From an uncultured Opitutales bacterium (lineage in GTDB: Bacteria > Verrucomicrobiota > Verrucomicrobiia > Opitutales > UBA9783): a DNA stretch of 32,000 nucleotides. Position 1 is the stretch's first letter. The number at the start of each line of letters is the position of its first letter. The notes below the pieces were generated by a model, which was not told the origin of the DNA, made no database searches, and was given only the letters and a program-made list of their open reading frames with translations. Where the stretch lies: contig CAKUSQ010000001.1 in assembly GCA_934691225.1 (NCBI GenBank), positions 120,001 to 152,000 of the forward strand. The letters are read 5' to 3'. Shown piece by piece: positions 16,102 to 25,061 of the stretch. A program made the position numbers and the translations under genes.

Positions 16102-16926
16102 ATGGCGCTTTCTTTTGATCAAACAAAATCTATTTTGTCAGATTTGTGTGTTTGTCCCAACAAAAAATTGGGGCAAAATTTTTTGGTTGATCCTCGTGTT
16201 GTTGAACATTCTATTTTATGGGCAAATGTTACATCTAAAGATTTTATTGTAGAAGTTGGCCCTGGTTGCGGAACACTAACACGAGCGCTCATAAACACAG
16301 GAGCAAAAATTTTTGCGGTAGAAAAAGATTTTTCACTATATCAGTACATCTCAAAAAATTTCCCTATAAATATTCTGCATGACGACGCACTTGCGTCACC
16401 GGTAGGAAATTTCCACTTACAAACCTCTTACAAAATCGTTGCCAATCTACCTTACGCCATTGCTAGCATTTGGTTAGATAAAATCCTAGAATTATCACAA
16501 ATACCTGCTTGCATGGTATTGCTTGTACAAAAAGAAGCCGCAGATCGTTGGTTAGCTCCTGCTGGCAATAAAAATTTTTGCGCGCTTGGCATCAATTTGC
16601 AAGCAGCTTACACATTAGCTAATAAAATACCTGTTTCAAAACGCTGCTTTCATCCTCAACCTAATGTCGATTCAACGTTAATTCATCTACAAAAACGACC
16701 CGATTTTTTCCTATTTCCAAAACCATTCAAACAATTCATGCGCGAAATTTTTATTCATCGAAGGCAGCAAATAGGTCGCTGTTGCAGAGAAAATAAAGCT
16801 ATTTTTGCAGAAAAATTTCAAAACTACTTGCATGAAAATCGCATTGATGAAAAAACACGTGCCGAAGCCATCCCACTCAATCACTGGATAAATGCTTCAA
16901 AACAAATTTTCTCAAATTTACCCTAA
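16102..16926 (+). CDS. rsmA: 16S rRNA (adenine1518/1519-N6)-dimethyltransferase
   Basis: KKLGQNFLVD, SAM motif EVGPGCGTLT, and catalytic VANLPY. Confidence 0.92.
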   Translation: MALSFDQTKSILSDLCVCPNKKLGQNFLVDPRVVEHSILWANVTSKDFIVEVGPGCGTLTRALINTGAKIFAVEKDFSLYQYISKNFPINILHDDALASPVGNFHLQTSYKIVANLPYAIASIWLDKILELSQIPACMVLLVQKEAADRWLAPAGNKNFCALGINLQAAYTLANKIPVSKRCFHPQPNVDSTLIHLQKRPDFFLFPKPFKQFMREIFIHRRQQIGRCCRENKAIFAEKFQNYLHENRIDEKTRAEAIPLNHWINASKQIFSNLP

Positions 16927-16934
16927 AGCACCTC

Positions 16935-18128
16935 TTATCTTCTAACAAACCACGAAGAAATCCGTTGCCAAAAAGAACTTGCTTCTGGCTTTTCTGTTTG
17001 TTGTAAAGCATAATGTAGCAAACCAAAACATGTTGCATAAGCAGGATCCTTCAAGGTTTCATCTACACTAGCCAATGGACCTCGAACGTAACAATCGCAC
17101 TTAAAAGATTGTGCTGCTATTTTTTCGATATTTTTTAACAAAGCACCACCTCCTGTCAAAACAACTCCCGAAAGTAACCATTCTTGACGAACATCTTCTT
17201 TAAAAAATTTATGAATATAATCAAAAATTTCCTGTGCACGCACCTGTAAAATTGTTCTAACATTTTTGAGTTTTACCTGTTTATCTCCAATGCTTCGGTC
17301 CCCATGCAACCAAATATCTTCATCATTGATATTTTGATCCAAATATGGAATTCCGTAGTTTATTTTTAAACGTTCGGCGTCTTCTGCATGCACACGCAAC
17401 CCTGAACCTAAATCGTAAGTAAAGTTCTGCCCTCCAACAGGCAATGTCCCCATCAATACAGGAATTCTATGCTTATAGACCACAAATTCAGTCATTTGTG
17501 CTCCCAAATTAATAACACAGATTCCATTCTCTCTTTCAATCGGTGTTGTTGTTGATAAAGCTGAAGCGATACCTGAAAATACGAGATTTTTTACACGAAA
17601 ACCAAATTGATTAACCACATATAATTGATCTTTTATCGCTTGTGTTTTCCCCAAAAGCGCATTGTAACAAACGGTCAATCGCCCTGCTGAATGACCTAAA
17701 GGGTTATCCACACATACATCATTAATCACATAAAATTGCCGAACATGATGCAAAAAAACTTCTTTTTCTGGTAATTCTTTATGCAGAGCCAACTGGTTGA
17801 CTTGATCTACATCCTGAGTATCAATTACATGCTGAAACCCTTTTAAGTCTAAACCGGTTTCATATTGCATAAACCGTAAATGCGTTCCACTTTGCGATAA
17901 ACACAACTGTTCAGGCAATAAAGCATAACGTTTCGTCAGATCTTCAAAAAAATGCCCTAACAACTTTATCAACTGAGAACGATCTATCACCTGTGCTTTG
18001 GTTATCCCCTCTGAAGGGATACGTGCATGACCAATTAAATTCAACTGCTGTTGTGTAACTTCACCCAACAGGTAAGTCACATACTGAGAACCCAAATCTA
18101 AAGCACCTAAGTAAACCTTCTTTTTCAC
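16935..18128 (-). CDS. ftsA: Cell division protein FtsA (actin-like ATPase)
   Basis: 397 aa with a GTG start. Phosphate-1 motif GALDLGSQY. A full-length FtsA-like pattern (EVFLHHVRQFYVIND, PVGGQNFTYDL, AERLKINYG, GVVLTGGGALLKNIEKIA). The phosphate-2 motif is degenerate (VINLGAQMTEF versus DIGGGTTD). Confidence 0.8.
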   Translation of the reverse strand: MKKKVYLGALDLGSQYVTYLLGEVTQQQLNLIGHARIPSEGITKAQVIDRSQLIKLLGHFFEDLTKRYALLPEQLCLSQSGTHLRFMQYETGLDLKGFQHVIDTQDVDQVNQLALHKELPEKEVFLHHVRQFYVINDVCVDNPLGHSAGRLTVCYNALLGKTQAIKDQLYVVNQFGFRVKNLVFSGIASALSTTTPIERENGICVINLGAQMTEFVVYKHRIPVLMGTLPVGGQNFTYDLGSGLRVHAEDAERLKINYGIPYLDQNINDEDIWLHGDRSIGDKQVKLKNVRTILQVRAQEIFDYIHKFFKEDVRQEWLLSGVVLTGGGALLKNIEKIAAQSFKCDCYVRGPLASVDETLKDPAYATCFGLLHYALQQTEKPEASSFWQRISSWFVRR

Positions 18129-18161
18129 GCTAAGTTCTCAATTTTAACTAAATTTACTTAT

Positions 18162-19853
18162 CTAGCGAGCAGATTTTTCATTATTTTTATCATTCACCGG
18201 TACTAAATGATCTTTTTTATTCACATTCGTTTGCGGCCCCGGTATCAAAAATTTCGAACATAAACTCAAAGCTTTAAAATCAATGCACAACGGTATTTTT
18301 GTGATAAATCGACATTGGTTCTTGGTTTCATCCACACAATACATAGAATCTAAGTAACCAGGCTGATTGATTTTCAACCCACACATATCAAAAACATCTC
18401 TTAAACGAACGGTTGTTTTAGAAATGTAATCAGGAAACGTCAAATATGTAAATGTTTTCAAATCTTGTATACGATCGATCAAACGCTTCATATCCACTAA
18501 ATTATCCGCATACAAAAGATAATTTTTGCAAACGCTCAATAAAATAGGATACCGTATTTTTGATTCACCATCACCCCATCCTAAAGAAATCCATTGAATT
18601 GAACAATTATTATGCAAAACAGCATCTTTATCCCAATGACAAATTACATTTGAAAAATACTCACTTCCAAACAATTTCTTTGAAACAGCTAAATTTATTT
18701 GCTGCTTACACATTTGTACAAATTTTTCCAAAAAACAAATAAAATTTTTTGACAAGTTCTTCTCTGATGTTTCCGTCAAAGATTTTCCTTCAAACAAACC
18801 AAAACCTTTGGTTCCAAAAAAAATACTATCGGAATGCAAATCTGCGTATGTTTGAAAATTTCCCGATAAATTTTGATCGGCAAAATTTAATAATTCTACA
18901 ACCAAAGGTGATATAATTTGTAACCATTCGTACACTGCACAGGTACATACATCCTGCTTCCAAGCAGATTTATCCAGATTTTTCAGCAACATCTCCCATA
19001 AAGATTTCAAAGCATCATAATCTTGAAAGCCTATATTTTTAATCATCTCTTCCGAATTCCAATTCAAACAGCGACGCAAACTTGACTTAGAGGCTATTGA
19101 TTTCAAACAGCTCATCATTGGCGATGAAGCTTTTAGAATTGAATCTATCTGACAAACAACTTCATTATCATCAAAATTTAAGACATAAATCCATTTTTCA
19201 AAATTATTTTTAAACCAAGCTTCATAAACTAAACTTACAATCTTAGGTACAACGGGCTTAAACATTTCCAAAGCATCTACCGAAAACTCAAAACGCACAA
19301 AATCAGAAATATTTGTCAAATCTTCATAAATGAAGGAGGCCATTTTTTTCAAATTTTTACAAATCAGATCTAAACAACGATTATCACCATATATCCACCA
19401 TGTAGGACGTTTTCCATCGAAAGGCAACGGATGTACCAATTTGTACGTTTTACTACCCAAACCTAAATTTAAATTTTTAACGAGCGGGCATTCATCCACC
19501 GCTTTAAAGAAAAATACAGGACAAAAATCATTTTGTTGTTTTAAAATCAATAAATGACAAGGGCTTTTATCATCAACACCTTCACATTGCGTTCCTCCTA
19601 AAAAACCTGTAGCTGCTAATGAAATCATCGAAGAAACTTCTGGATAAACTTTTTCCAATAATTTCAACGATTTATTAATAAAATTCGGTAAGTTTGACGA
19701 ACTTACTTTTAACAAAACACCGTTTGTTTCCTGCGCTATCGGTGAATTTTCAACCTTAGATGCGTTTGTCGAATTCACTTGATTCGACCAACTCCACGAG
19801 GATAAGCCACTTATTAATAAAAAAACTTTCGCACCTTGCTTTAACCAATACAT
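18162..19853 (-). CDS. Exported Cys-rich protein of unknown function
   Basis: 563-aa ORF with an N-terminal signal-like segment (KVFLLISGLSSWSWS) and about 24 Cys by hand count. I recognise no motif. Its stop is 33 nt upstream of the ftsA start, on the same strand. Confidence 0.6.
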   Translation of the reverse strand: MYWLKQGAKVFLLISGLSSWSWSNQVNSTNASKVENSPIAQETNGVLLKVSSSNLPNFINKSLKLLEKVYPEVSSMISLAATGFLGGTQCEGVDDKSPCHLLILKQQNDFCPVFFFKAVDECPLVKNLNLGLGSKTYKLVHPLPFDGKRPTWWIYGDNRCLDLICKNLKKMASFIYEDLTNISDFVRFEFSVDALEMFKPVVPKIVSLVYEAWFKNNFEKWIYVLNFDDNEVVCQIDSILKASSPMMSCLKSIASKSSLRRCLNWNSEEMIKNIGFQDYDALKSLWEMLLKNLDKSAWKQDVCTCAVYEWLQIISPLVVELLNFADQNLSGNFQTYADLHSDSIFFGTKGFGLFEGKSLTETSEKNLSKNFICFLEKFVQMCKQQINLAVSKKLFGSEYFSNVICHWDKDAVLHNNCSIQWISLGWGDGESKIRYPILLSVCKNYLLYADNLVDMKRLIDRIQDLKTFTYLTFPDYISKTTVRLRDVFDMCGLKINQPGYLDSMYCVDETKNQCRFITKIPLCIDFKALSLCSKFLIPGPQTNVNKKDHLVPVNDKNNEKSAR

Positions 19854-19859
19854 GCATCT

Positions 19860-19888
19860 ATGCTAACACCTTTTTCGATCTATGTAAA
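19860..19888 (-). promoter_or_regulatory. Putative sigma-70 promoter of the 563-aa gene / ftsA unit
   Basis: Minus strand: TTTACA (19888-19883), 17-nt spacer, TAGCAT (19865-19860), then only 6 nt to ATG 19853. No SD. Confidence 0.35.
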
Positions 19889-19980
19889 GCATTTGCATGC
19901 CTCAAACTGACTAAAACGTTCGAATGCATTAGCACACACCTTTTGATAAAAAACTCTATTGAAAAAACGCTCTCCAAAAA

Positions 19981-20057
19981 TGGTAGACGGTGTAGGACTC
20001 GAACCTACGACCCACTGGGTGTAAACCAGTAGCTCTAACCAACTGAGCTAACCGTCC
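19981..20057 (-). tRNA. tRNA-Val (anticodon UAC), CCA encoded
   Basis: The reverse complement folds as GGACGGT-TA-GCTC-AGTTGGTTA-GAGC-T-ACTGG-TTTACAC-CCAGT-GGGTC-GTAGG-TTCGAGT-CCTAC-ACCGTCT-A-CCA. All stems pair, with G1-U72 as a wobble pair. Confidence 0.92.
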
Positions 20058-20168
20058 AAAACTTTTCTAAAATTAGTAAAGCACTTTTTCTTTAAACTAT
20101 GCAAGCACTTTTTTTAATTTTATCAAAAATCTTGCAAAATACACCATCATAACAGTTTTCTCCTTCCA

Positions 20169-21431
20169 TCAATGCCTTCTTTGGTTTTGCTTAGATGCTA
20201 TTGTCTGTCGAGGAGAAATGTATAATGTACCATCTTCATACTGCGTTACATACCCTTGCCTTACCAATAAAATAAGATTCTGTTTAAATCTGGCAATCTG
20301 TTCAAACTCAACTTGTTGATCTATAGAAATATTGGACTGCACACAAAAATAAACCTTAAGAATGTTATCCAAAGATGCGCAAGGATGCGCTTCAATACAG
20401 TCGATGATCGATAATAATTCAGGGGAAAAACAAGTATTTTCATCTCGAATATTACGTTTCACTGAACATACATAGGTTACACCTTTCGTGTCATTACCTT
20501 TACGATAAATGTGAAAACCAACCCGATGCAATCTTGTACGACAAAAATTAGTCAACCTTATAGGAAGTCGCATCTCTATACGCCCTTCGCTCTCTAAAAA
20601 CAAACGTAAATCCTCATCCACCACATTGTGTACTTGGTCGTAAGACAAACACAATTGCTTTAACCTCATAATAGATTCTTGCTTTGGCAAATGCTGCAAA
20701 AGATAAGCTTTAGCTAAACGACTATTATCAAAACAAATACTTGGATCTTCCTTGAGATAATAATGATAATTATACGTCATTTTTTTCATCCATTGCTGAA
20801 CATCCTTTTCATCGTGCGTATTTCTTATACTTGCTAAAAATTCATCCCATGTACAACGATTTTTGAGCTGATCTTCATAATGTTCACGCAACAAATCACT
20901 GTACAAATGATAATTTGGAGGACCTAATAAAACCCCTGTCATTCCACAAAAATTAACTGAGGTAAAAACACCCTGTGGCGGCTCTAAATGAACCTCACGA
21001 CTCTCAAAAACTTCATTCCAATATTTTTTAACTAAGTAATCTTGAGCGGCTCCTAAGGTTAAAAAAGGCAACTTACTAGGACGTAAACAAAAAACAGAAT
21101 GCCCTTCTAACGCGTGTATAATAATGTTAAAGCGATTTTCTTTTTCTAAAAACAACCTAACCAAAGGTATAAATTGATAAGTTATATAACTTTTCCTTAA
21201 AGTTTGAATTAAGGTATTCATAGCCAAAAGATTTGGCCGAAAATCTACTTTTATACGTTCTCTACACCTAGATAATAATTGCCTGTAAAAATGTACATCC
21301 TTTTGTGCTGAATTATCTTGCTCTTTTTTTACAACCTGATTATTTGATTTTGTGTCATACTGTTTTTCTGTCCACGTGGGCCCTAATGAAAGAGCCTGCA
21401 ATTGCTGCAGAATAGTTTCTTGCGATTCCAA
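20169..21431 (-). CDS. Hypothetical cytoplasmic protein
   Basis: 420-aa uninterrupted ORF with no TM or signal peptide and no motif I recognise. The first start candidate after the upstream stop is TTG (21431). The next in-frame ATG is at codon 71. Confidence 0.55.
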   Translation of the reverse strand: MESQETILQQLQALSLGPTWTEKQYDTKSNNQVVKKEQDNSAQKDVHFYRQLLSRCRERIKVDFRPNLLAMNTLIQTLRKSYITYQFIPLVRLFLEKENRFNIIIHALEGHSVFCLRPSKLPFLTLGAAQDYLVKKYWNEVFESREVHLEPPQGVFTSVNFCGMTGVLLGPPNYHLYSDLLREHYEDQLKNRCTWDEFLASIRNTHDEKDVQQWMKKMTYNYHYYLKEDPSICFDNSRLAKAYLLQHLPKQESIMRLKQLCLSYDQVHNVVDEDLRLFLESEGRIEMRLPIRLTNFCRTRLHRVGFHIYRKGNDTKGVTYVCSVKRNIRDENTCFSPELLSIIDCIEAHPCASLDNILKVYFCVQSNISIDQQVEFEQIARFKQNLILLVRQGYVTQYEDGTLYISPRQTIASKQNQRRH

Positions 21432-21515
21432 TGATAATATGAATTTAATTTCACTTTACTACATAACACGTTTTAGTAAAATTATTCCTATTTGTGAAGT
21501 AAATTTTTTAATTTT

Positions 21516-22022
21516 ATGCAAAATCTTAATTTTTTATCTCAAACCCCCAATATTGGAACAAGTACACGTGTGGCTCAACAAGCAATTATTTTCGGTGATG
21601 TTACATTAGGCGAACAATGCAGCGTATGGCCTTATGCGGTCGTACGCGGCGATGTCAATACTATCGTCATTGGCAATGGAACTAATCTGCAAGAAAATGT
21701 TGTTGTGCACGTTAGTCATAACGCAAACGTAATTCTAAAAAATTACATCACTGTAGGACACGGCGCTATTATCCATGGCTGTCACATCGATGATCACTGT
21801 CTTATTGGTATGAACGCAACTGTATTAGATGGTGCAAAAATAGGACATCATTGCATTATTGGAGCTAATGCCCTCATTCCTCAAAACAAAGAAATTCCCC
21901 CCTACTCCTTAGTATTAGGAACACCAGGGAAAATTGTACGTACATTATCGAACGAAGATATTGAACTTATACATAATAGTGCGCAGGTGTACATCGACGC
22001 CCTAGAACACTTTCCTTTCTAA
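21516..22022 (+). CDS. Gamma-carbonic-anhydrase-like / hexapeptide-repeat protein (YrdA/PaaY/CaiE family)
   Basis: 168 aa. Left-handed beta-helix hexapeptide repeats (GDVTLGEQCSVWPYAVVRGD, IGNGTNLQENVVVH, VGHGAIIHGCHIDDHCLIGMNATVLDGAKIGHHCIIGANALI) and a C-terminal helix. Confidence 0.85.
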   Translation: MQNLNFLSQTPNIGTSTRVAQQAIIFGDVTLGEQCSVWPYAVVRGDVNTIVIGNGTNLQENVVVHVSHNANVILKNYITVGHGAIIHGCHIDDHCLIGMNATVLDGAKIGHHCIIGANALIPQNKEIPPYSLVLGTPGKIVRTLSNEDIELIHNSAQVYIDALEHFPF

Positions 22023-22045
22023 ATTAAAAGAGGAGAAAGTACTAA

Positions 22046-22083
22046 AAAACCTCTTTACTAACAATAAGCTATAAAGAGGTTTT
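22046..22083. terminator. Bidirectional hairpin terminator between convergent genes
   Basis: 12-bp stem AAAACCTCTTTA (22046-22057) / TAAAGAGGTTTT (22072-22083). It is T-rich on the plus side (TTTGTTTAT) and, on the minus strand, is followed by TTTTTTAG. Confidence 0.7.
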
Positions 22084-22118
22084 GTTTATAAAACACAACG
22101 AATACTTTTAAATAAAAA

Positions 22119-22352
22119 CTATTCACCATCTTGTCCAATCGCATCCACTGGACAACTTTCTAAAGCTTCAACACAAAGTTCTACTTCCTTTTCTGATGTC
22201 GGTTGCTTCTTAACAAAAGAATTGCCGCTCTCTTCTAAATTTCCAAAAAAATCAGGAGCTATTTCTCGGCAAAGCCCACAAGCAATGCATTGATCATCCA
22301 CATAAAACTTACCTCTTACATTCTCAGGAACTTTATTTTCTTTTACTGCCAT
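22119..22352 (-). CDS. Small ferredoxin (single [4Fe-4S]/[3Fe-4S] type)
   Basis: KFYVDDQCIACGLCREIAPDFF ... ESCPVDAIG is the typical monocluster ferredoxin pattern. I prefer ATG 22352 (MAVKENK...) to the track's TTG at 22376. Confidence 0.85.
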   Translation of the reverse strand: MAVKENKVPENVRGKFYVDDQCIACGLCREIAPDFFGNLEESGNSFVKKQPTSEKEVELCVEALESCPVDAIGQDGE

Positions 22353-22360
22353 GATTAAGT

Positions 22361-22389
22361 AATTTATAAATAACAAATAGTTAAGTCAA
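22361..22389 (-). promoter_or_regulatory. Putative sigma-70 promoter of the ferredoxin gene
   Basis: Minus strand: TTGACT (22389-22384), 17-nt spacer, TAAATT (22366-22361), then 8 nt to ATG 22352. No SD. Confidence 0.45.
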
Positions 22390-22512
22390 GCTCATTCATT
22401 ACAAGCTTAAACCAAACTTACACTATACTTTACAACTTCTGTTTAATAGAAATTGGGGTTCCTACAAAAACTTCTTTTCTTTTTTTAAAACTTTATATAA
22501 AATAAAATAATT

Positions 22513-23859
22513 ATGGTCCTTCGAATGGAACAGTCACAAGCGCAAACGCAAGTTTTAGCGCCACATCTTAGGCAGTCTTTAAAAATTCTGCAAGCATCTG
22601 CTTTAGATTTGCGAACTGTTATTCAAGAAGAACTTCAAATTAATCCGACACTTGAAGAAATCCCTCCAGAATCTCTCAGTCTTGATAATTCCGTTAAAGA
22701 TTACGATAGCTACTCTAGCGCAACCAAAATTAACCCCAATAATGCTTCTAAAAAACATGCATTTTTAATGGAAAATCTAACTTCTGATGTTTCTTTGCAA
22801 GACCACTTGCTGGAACAATTAGGATGCTTAGAACTACCCGATAAAATGCATCAAACAGTTGCATTTATCATCGGGTGCCTTAACGACAAAGGTTTTTTAG
22901 ATTTATCCGTCGAAGACATCATTTTACAAACGGGGACTAATCACAAAACAATTAAAGAAGCAATCGATATTGTTCAACAATTTGACCCTATTGGTGTTGG
23001 CTGCAAAAATGTTACCGAAAGCCTACTCCTTCAACTAAAATATCAACACAAAGAATCATCTCTCGCAAACCAAATTCTAACTCACTGCTATCCTTTACTT
23101 TTACGCAATAAAATCATTGATATTGCTAGAACATTGTCTGTATCAACGGAAGCTGTTCAAAACGCCATTCAGCAAGACATTGCTCCTTTAGACCCCACAC
23201 CTGGCCGAAGATTTCAAACGACCCCATCGCAAGGTATCATTCCCGATGTTCGCGTATACAAAAATACTTTAAACGAATGGGTAGTAGAATTAAATAATCA
23301 ATACATCCCTAAAATTCAGATTGGGTCTCTATATAAAAATTTATTAACGCAAAATATAAAGACAGAAGACCGAAATTATCTTCGTCTCAAAATGCGTTCA
23401 GGTAGATTTCTGATAAATTCGATACTGCAACGCCAAAAAACGATTGAACAAATTGCATATGCATTATTAAATAGGCAATTCGATTTTTTTGAACAAGGTC
23501 CTCAGTATTTAAAACCCCTTACTTTGCAAATTTTAGCAGAAGATCTTCAAATTCACGAAACGACAGTCAGTCGTGCAACCGCCAATAAATACGTAGATAC
23601 CCCTTTTGGAATCTTTAGTTTCAAATATTTTTTTACAAAAGGATTGAATTCTTATTCTGGAGAATGTATATCTAATTCTATTATAAAACAACAAATTCAA
23701 AAGATCATTGAAGTTGAAGACAAACGAAAACCTCTCAGCGATCAGAAAATTGTTGCGATATTAACCAAAAACAACGTTCAGATTGCCCGACGAACGATCG
23801 CAAAATACCGCGAATTGTTAGGCATTCCTGCAACAAGTTTGCGTCGAAAATATGATTAG
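22513..23859 (+). CDS. rpoN: RNA polymerase sigma-54 factor
   Basis: Region I LAPHLRQSLKILQASALDLRTVIQEELQINPTLEE. HTH HETTVSRATANKY. RpoN box ARRTIAKYRELLGIP. Confidence 0.93.
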   Translation: MVLRMEQSQAQTQVLAPHLRQSLKILQASALDLRTVIQEELQINPTLEEIPPESLSLDNSVKDYDSYSSATKINPNNASKKHAFLMENLTSDVSLQDHLLEQLGCLELPDKMHQTVAFIIGCLNDKGFLDLSVEDIILQTGTNHKTIKEAIDIVQQFDPIGVGCKNVTESLLLQLKYQHKESSLANQILTHCYPLLLRNKIIDIARTLSVSTEAVQNAIQQDIAPLDPTPGRRFQTTPSQGIIPDVRVYKNTLNEWVVELNNQYIPKIQIGSLYKNLLTQNIKTEDRNYLRLKMRSGRFLINSILQRQKTIEQIAYALLNRQFDFFEQGPQYLKPLTLQILAEDLQIHETTVSRATANKYVDTPFGIFSFKYFFTKGLNSYSGECISNSIIKQQIQKIIEVEDKRKPLSDQKIVAILTKNNVQIARRTIAKYRELLGIPATSLRRKYD

Positions 23860-23861
23860 AT

Positions 23862-25061
23862 ATGAACTTACACGAATATCAAGCAAAATCTTTACTCGAG
23901 CATCATAATATTCCTGTTCCATCAGGTATTTGCATTGAAGAGAACACATCCACATCGATCGAACATGTACAACAATATTTTAAAAATCATACTAAAGTAG
24001 CTGTTAAAGCACAAATTCATGCGGGTGGTCGCGGTAAGGGAATTTTTAAAGAAAATGGTGCACATGGAGTTCAAGTTGTTACGATAAAAGAAATACCTAA
24101 TGCCATTCATTCCATGTTTCATAACACCTTAGTAACGCGTCAAACAGGTGATGAAGGTAAACAAGTTCGAAAAATTTACGTAACTGAAGCTATTCAAGTG
24201 CTTCAAGAGTTTTATGTATCTATTTTAATTGATAGAACACATCAGTGCCCTGTATTGATCGCATCCTCTCAAGGAGGTGGTAATATCGAGGAAATTGCAC
24301 AAACCCATCCTCAAAGTATTTTAAAATTACCAATCGATCCATTGCTAGGACTTCGGTCGTACCAAGCACGAAAGGTTGCCTATTTGTTTCAATTATCTGG
24401 AAATGCATTCCAATCCTGCATTAAAATTCTAATGGATCTATACCAAGCATTTGTCAGCCTAGATGCTTTACTCATAGAAATTAATCCATTAGCACTCACA
24501 CAGGATGGTCGCCTTCTTGCTCTAGATGCAAAAATCCAACTCGATGATAATGCTTTAGTTCGTCATCCTGAATATGCTACCTTAGAAGATCCATACGAAA
24601 AGGATCCTAAAGAAATTGAAGCCACAAAGGCAAAACTAAATTACATTGCCCTTAAAGGAAACATTGCCTGTCTAGTTAATGGTGCCGGATTAGCTATGGC
24701 AACCATGGATATCATTAAGCATTATGGTGGAACACCCGCCAATTTTTTGGATGTAGGTGGAGGAGCCCAACAAGAACAAATTGAGGCTGCTTTTCGAATT
24801 ATTTTAAAAGATCCTCATGTTAAAGGTATTTTCATCAATATTTTTGGAGGAATCCTAAAATGTGATATGTTAGCGCAAGGCATCGTTAATGCAGCTCATT
24901 CCGTTCAACTAAAATTGCCACTAGTGATTCGCATGAAAGGCACACAAGTTGAAGCTGCAAAAAAGATTTTACAGGATAGCCATCTGCCACTTATTCCGAT
25001 AGATGATCTAGCGCAAGCAGCTCAAACCATCGTTAATCACGTCAAAACATCCTCATTATGA
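23862..25061 (+). CDS. sucC: Succinyl-CoA synthetase beta subunit
   Basis: [12 protein letters not shown] start, ATP-grasp region, [18 protein letters not shown] and NIFGGI motifs. Starts 2 nt after the rpoN stop. Confidence 0.95.
   Translation: MNLHEYQAKSLLEHHNIPVPSGICIEENTSTSIEHVQQYFKNHTKVAVKAQIHAGGRGKGIFKENGAHGVQVVTIKEIPNAIHSMFHNTLVTRQTGDEGKQVRKIYVTEAIQVLQEFYVSILIDRTHQCPVLIASSQGGGNIEEIAQTHPQSILKLPIDPLLGLRSYQARKVAYLFQLSGNAFQSCIKILMDLYQAFVSLDALLIEINPLALTQDGRLLALDAKIQLDDNALVRHPEYATLEDPYEKDPKEIEATKAKLNYIALKGNIACLVNGAGLAMATMDIIKHYGGTPANFLDVGGGAQQEQIEAAFRIILKDPHVKGIFINIFGGILKCDMLAQGIVNAAHSVQLKLPLVIRMKGTQVEAAKKILQDSHLPLIPIDDLAQAAQTIVNHVKTSSL

Noticed and set aside
16587-16601. TGGCAT-N4-TTGCA, resembling a sigma-54 -24/-12 promoter.
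   Set aside because: The spacer is one nucleotide short of the invariant GG-N10-GC geometry. The site is inside ksgA with no gene start downstream.
19760-20032. 90-aa plus-strand ORF spanning the intergenic region and tRNA-Val.
   Set aside because: It runs through the antisense of a well-folded tRNA gene and the start of the 563-aa gene, so it is a six-frame artefact.
20079-20113. 11-nt direct repeat AAGCACTTTTT occurring twice, 24 nt apart, between the 420-aa gene and tRNA-Val.
   Set aside because: It is too short and AT-rich to separate from chance. It overlaps a plausible tRNA-Val promoter (TTGCAT ... TACTAA on the minus strand). It has no hairpin potential and no further copies in the window.
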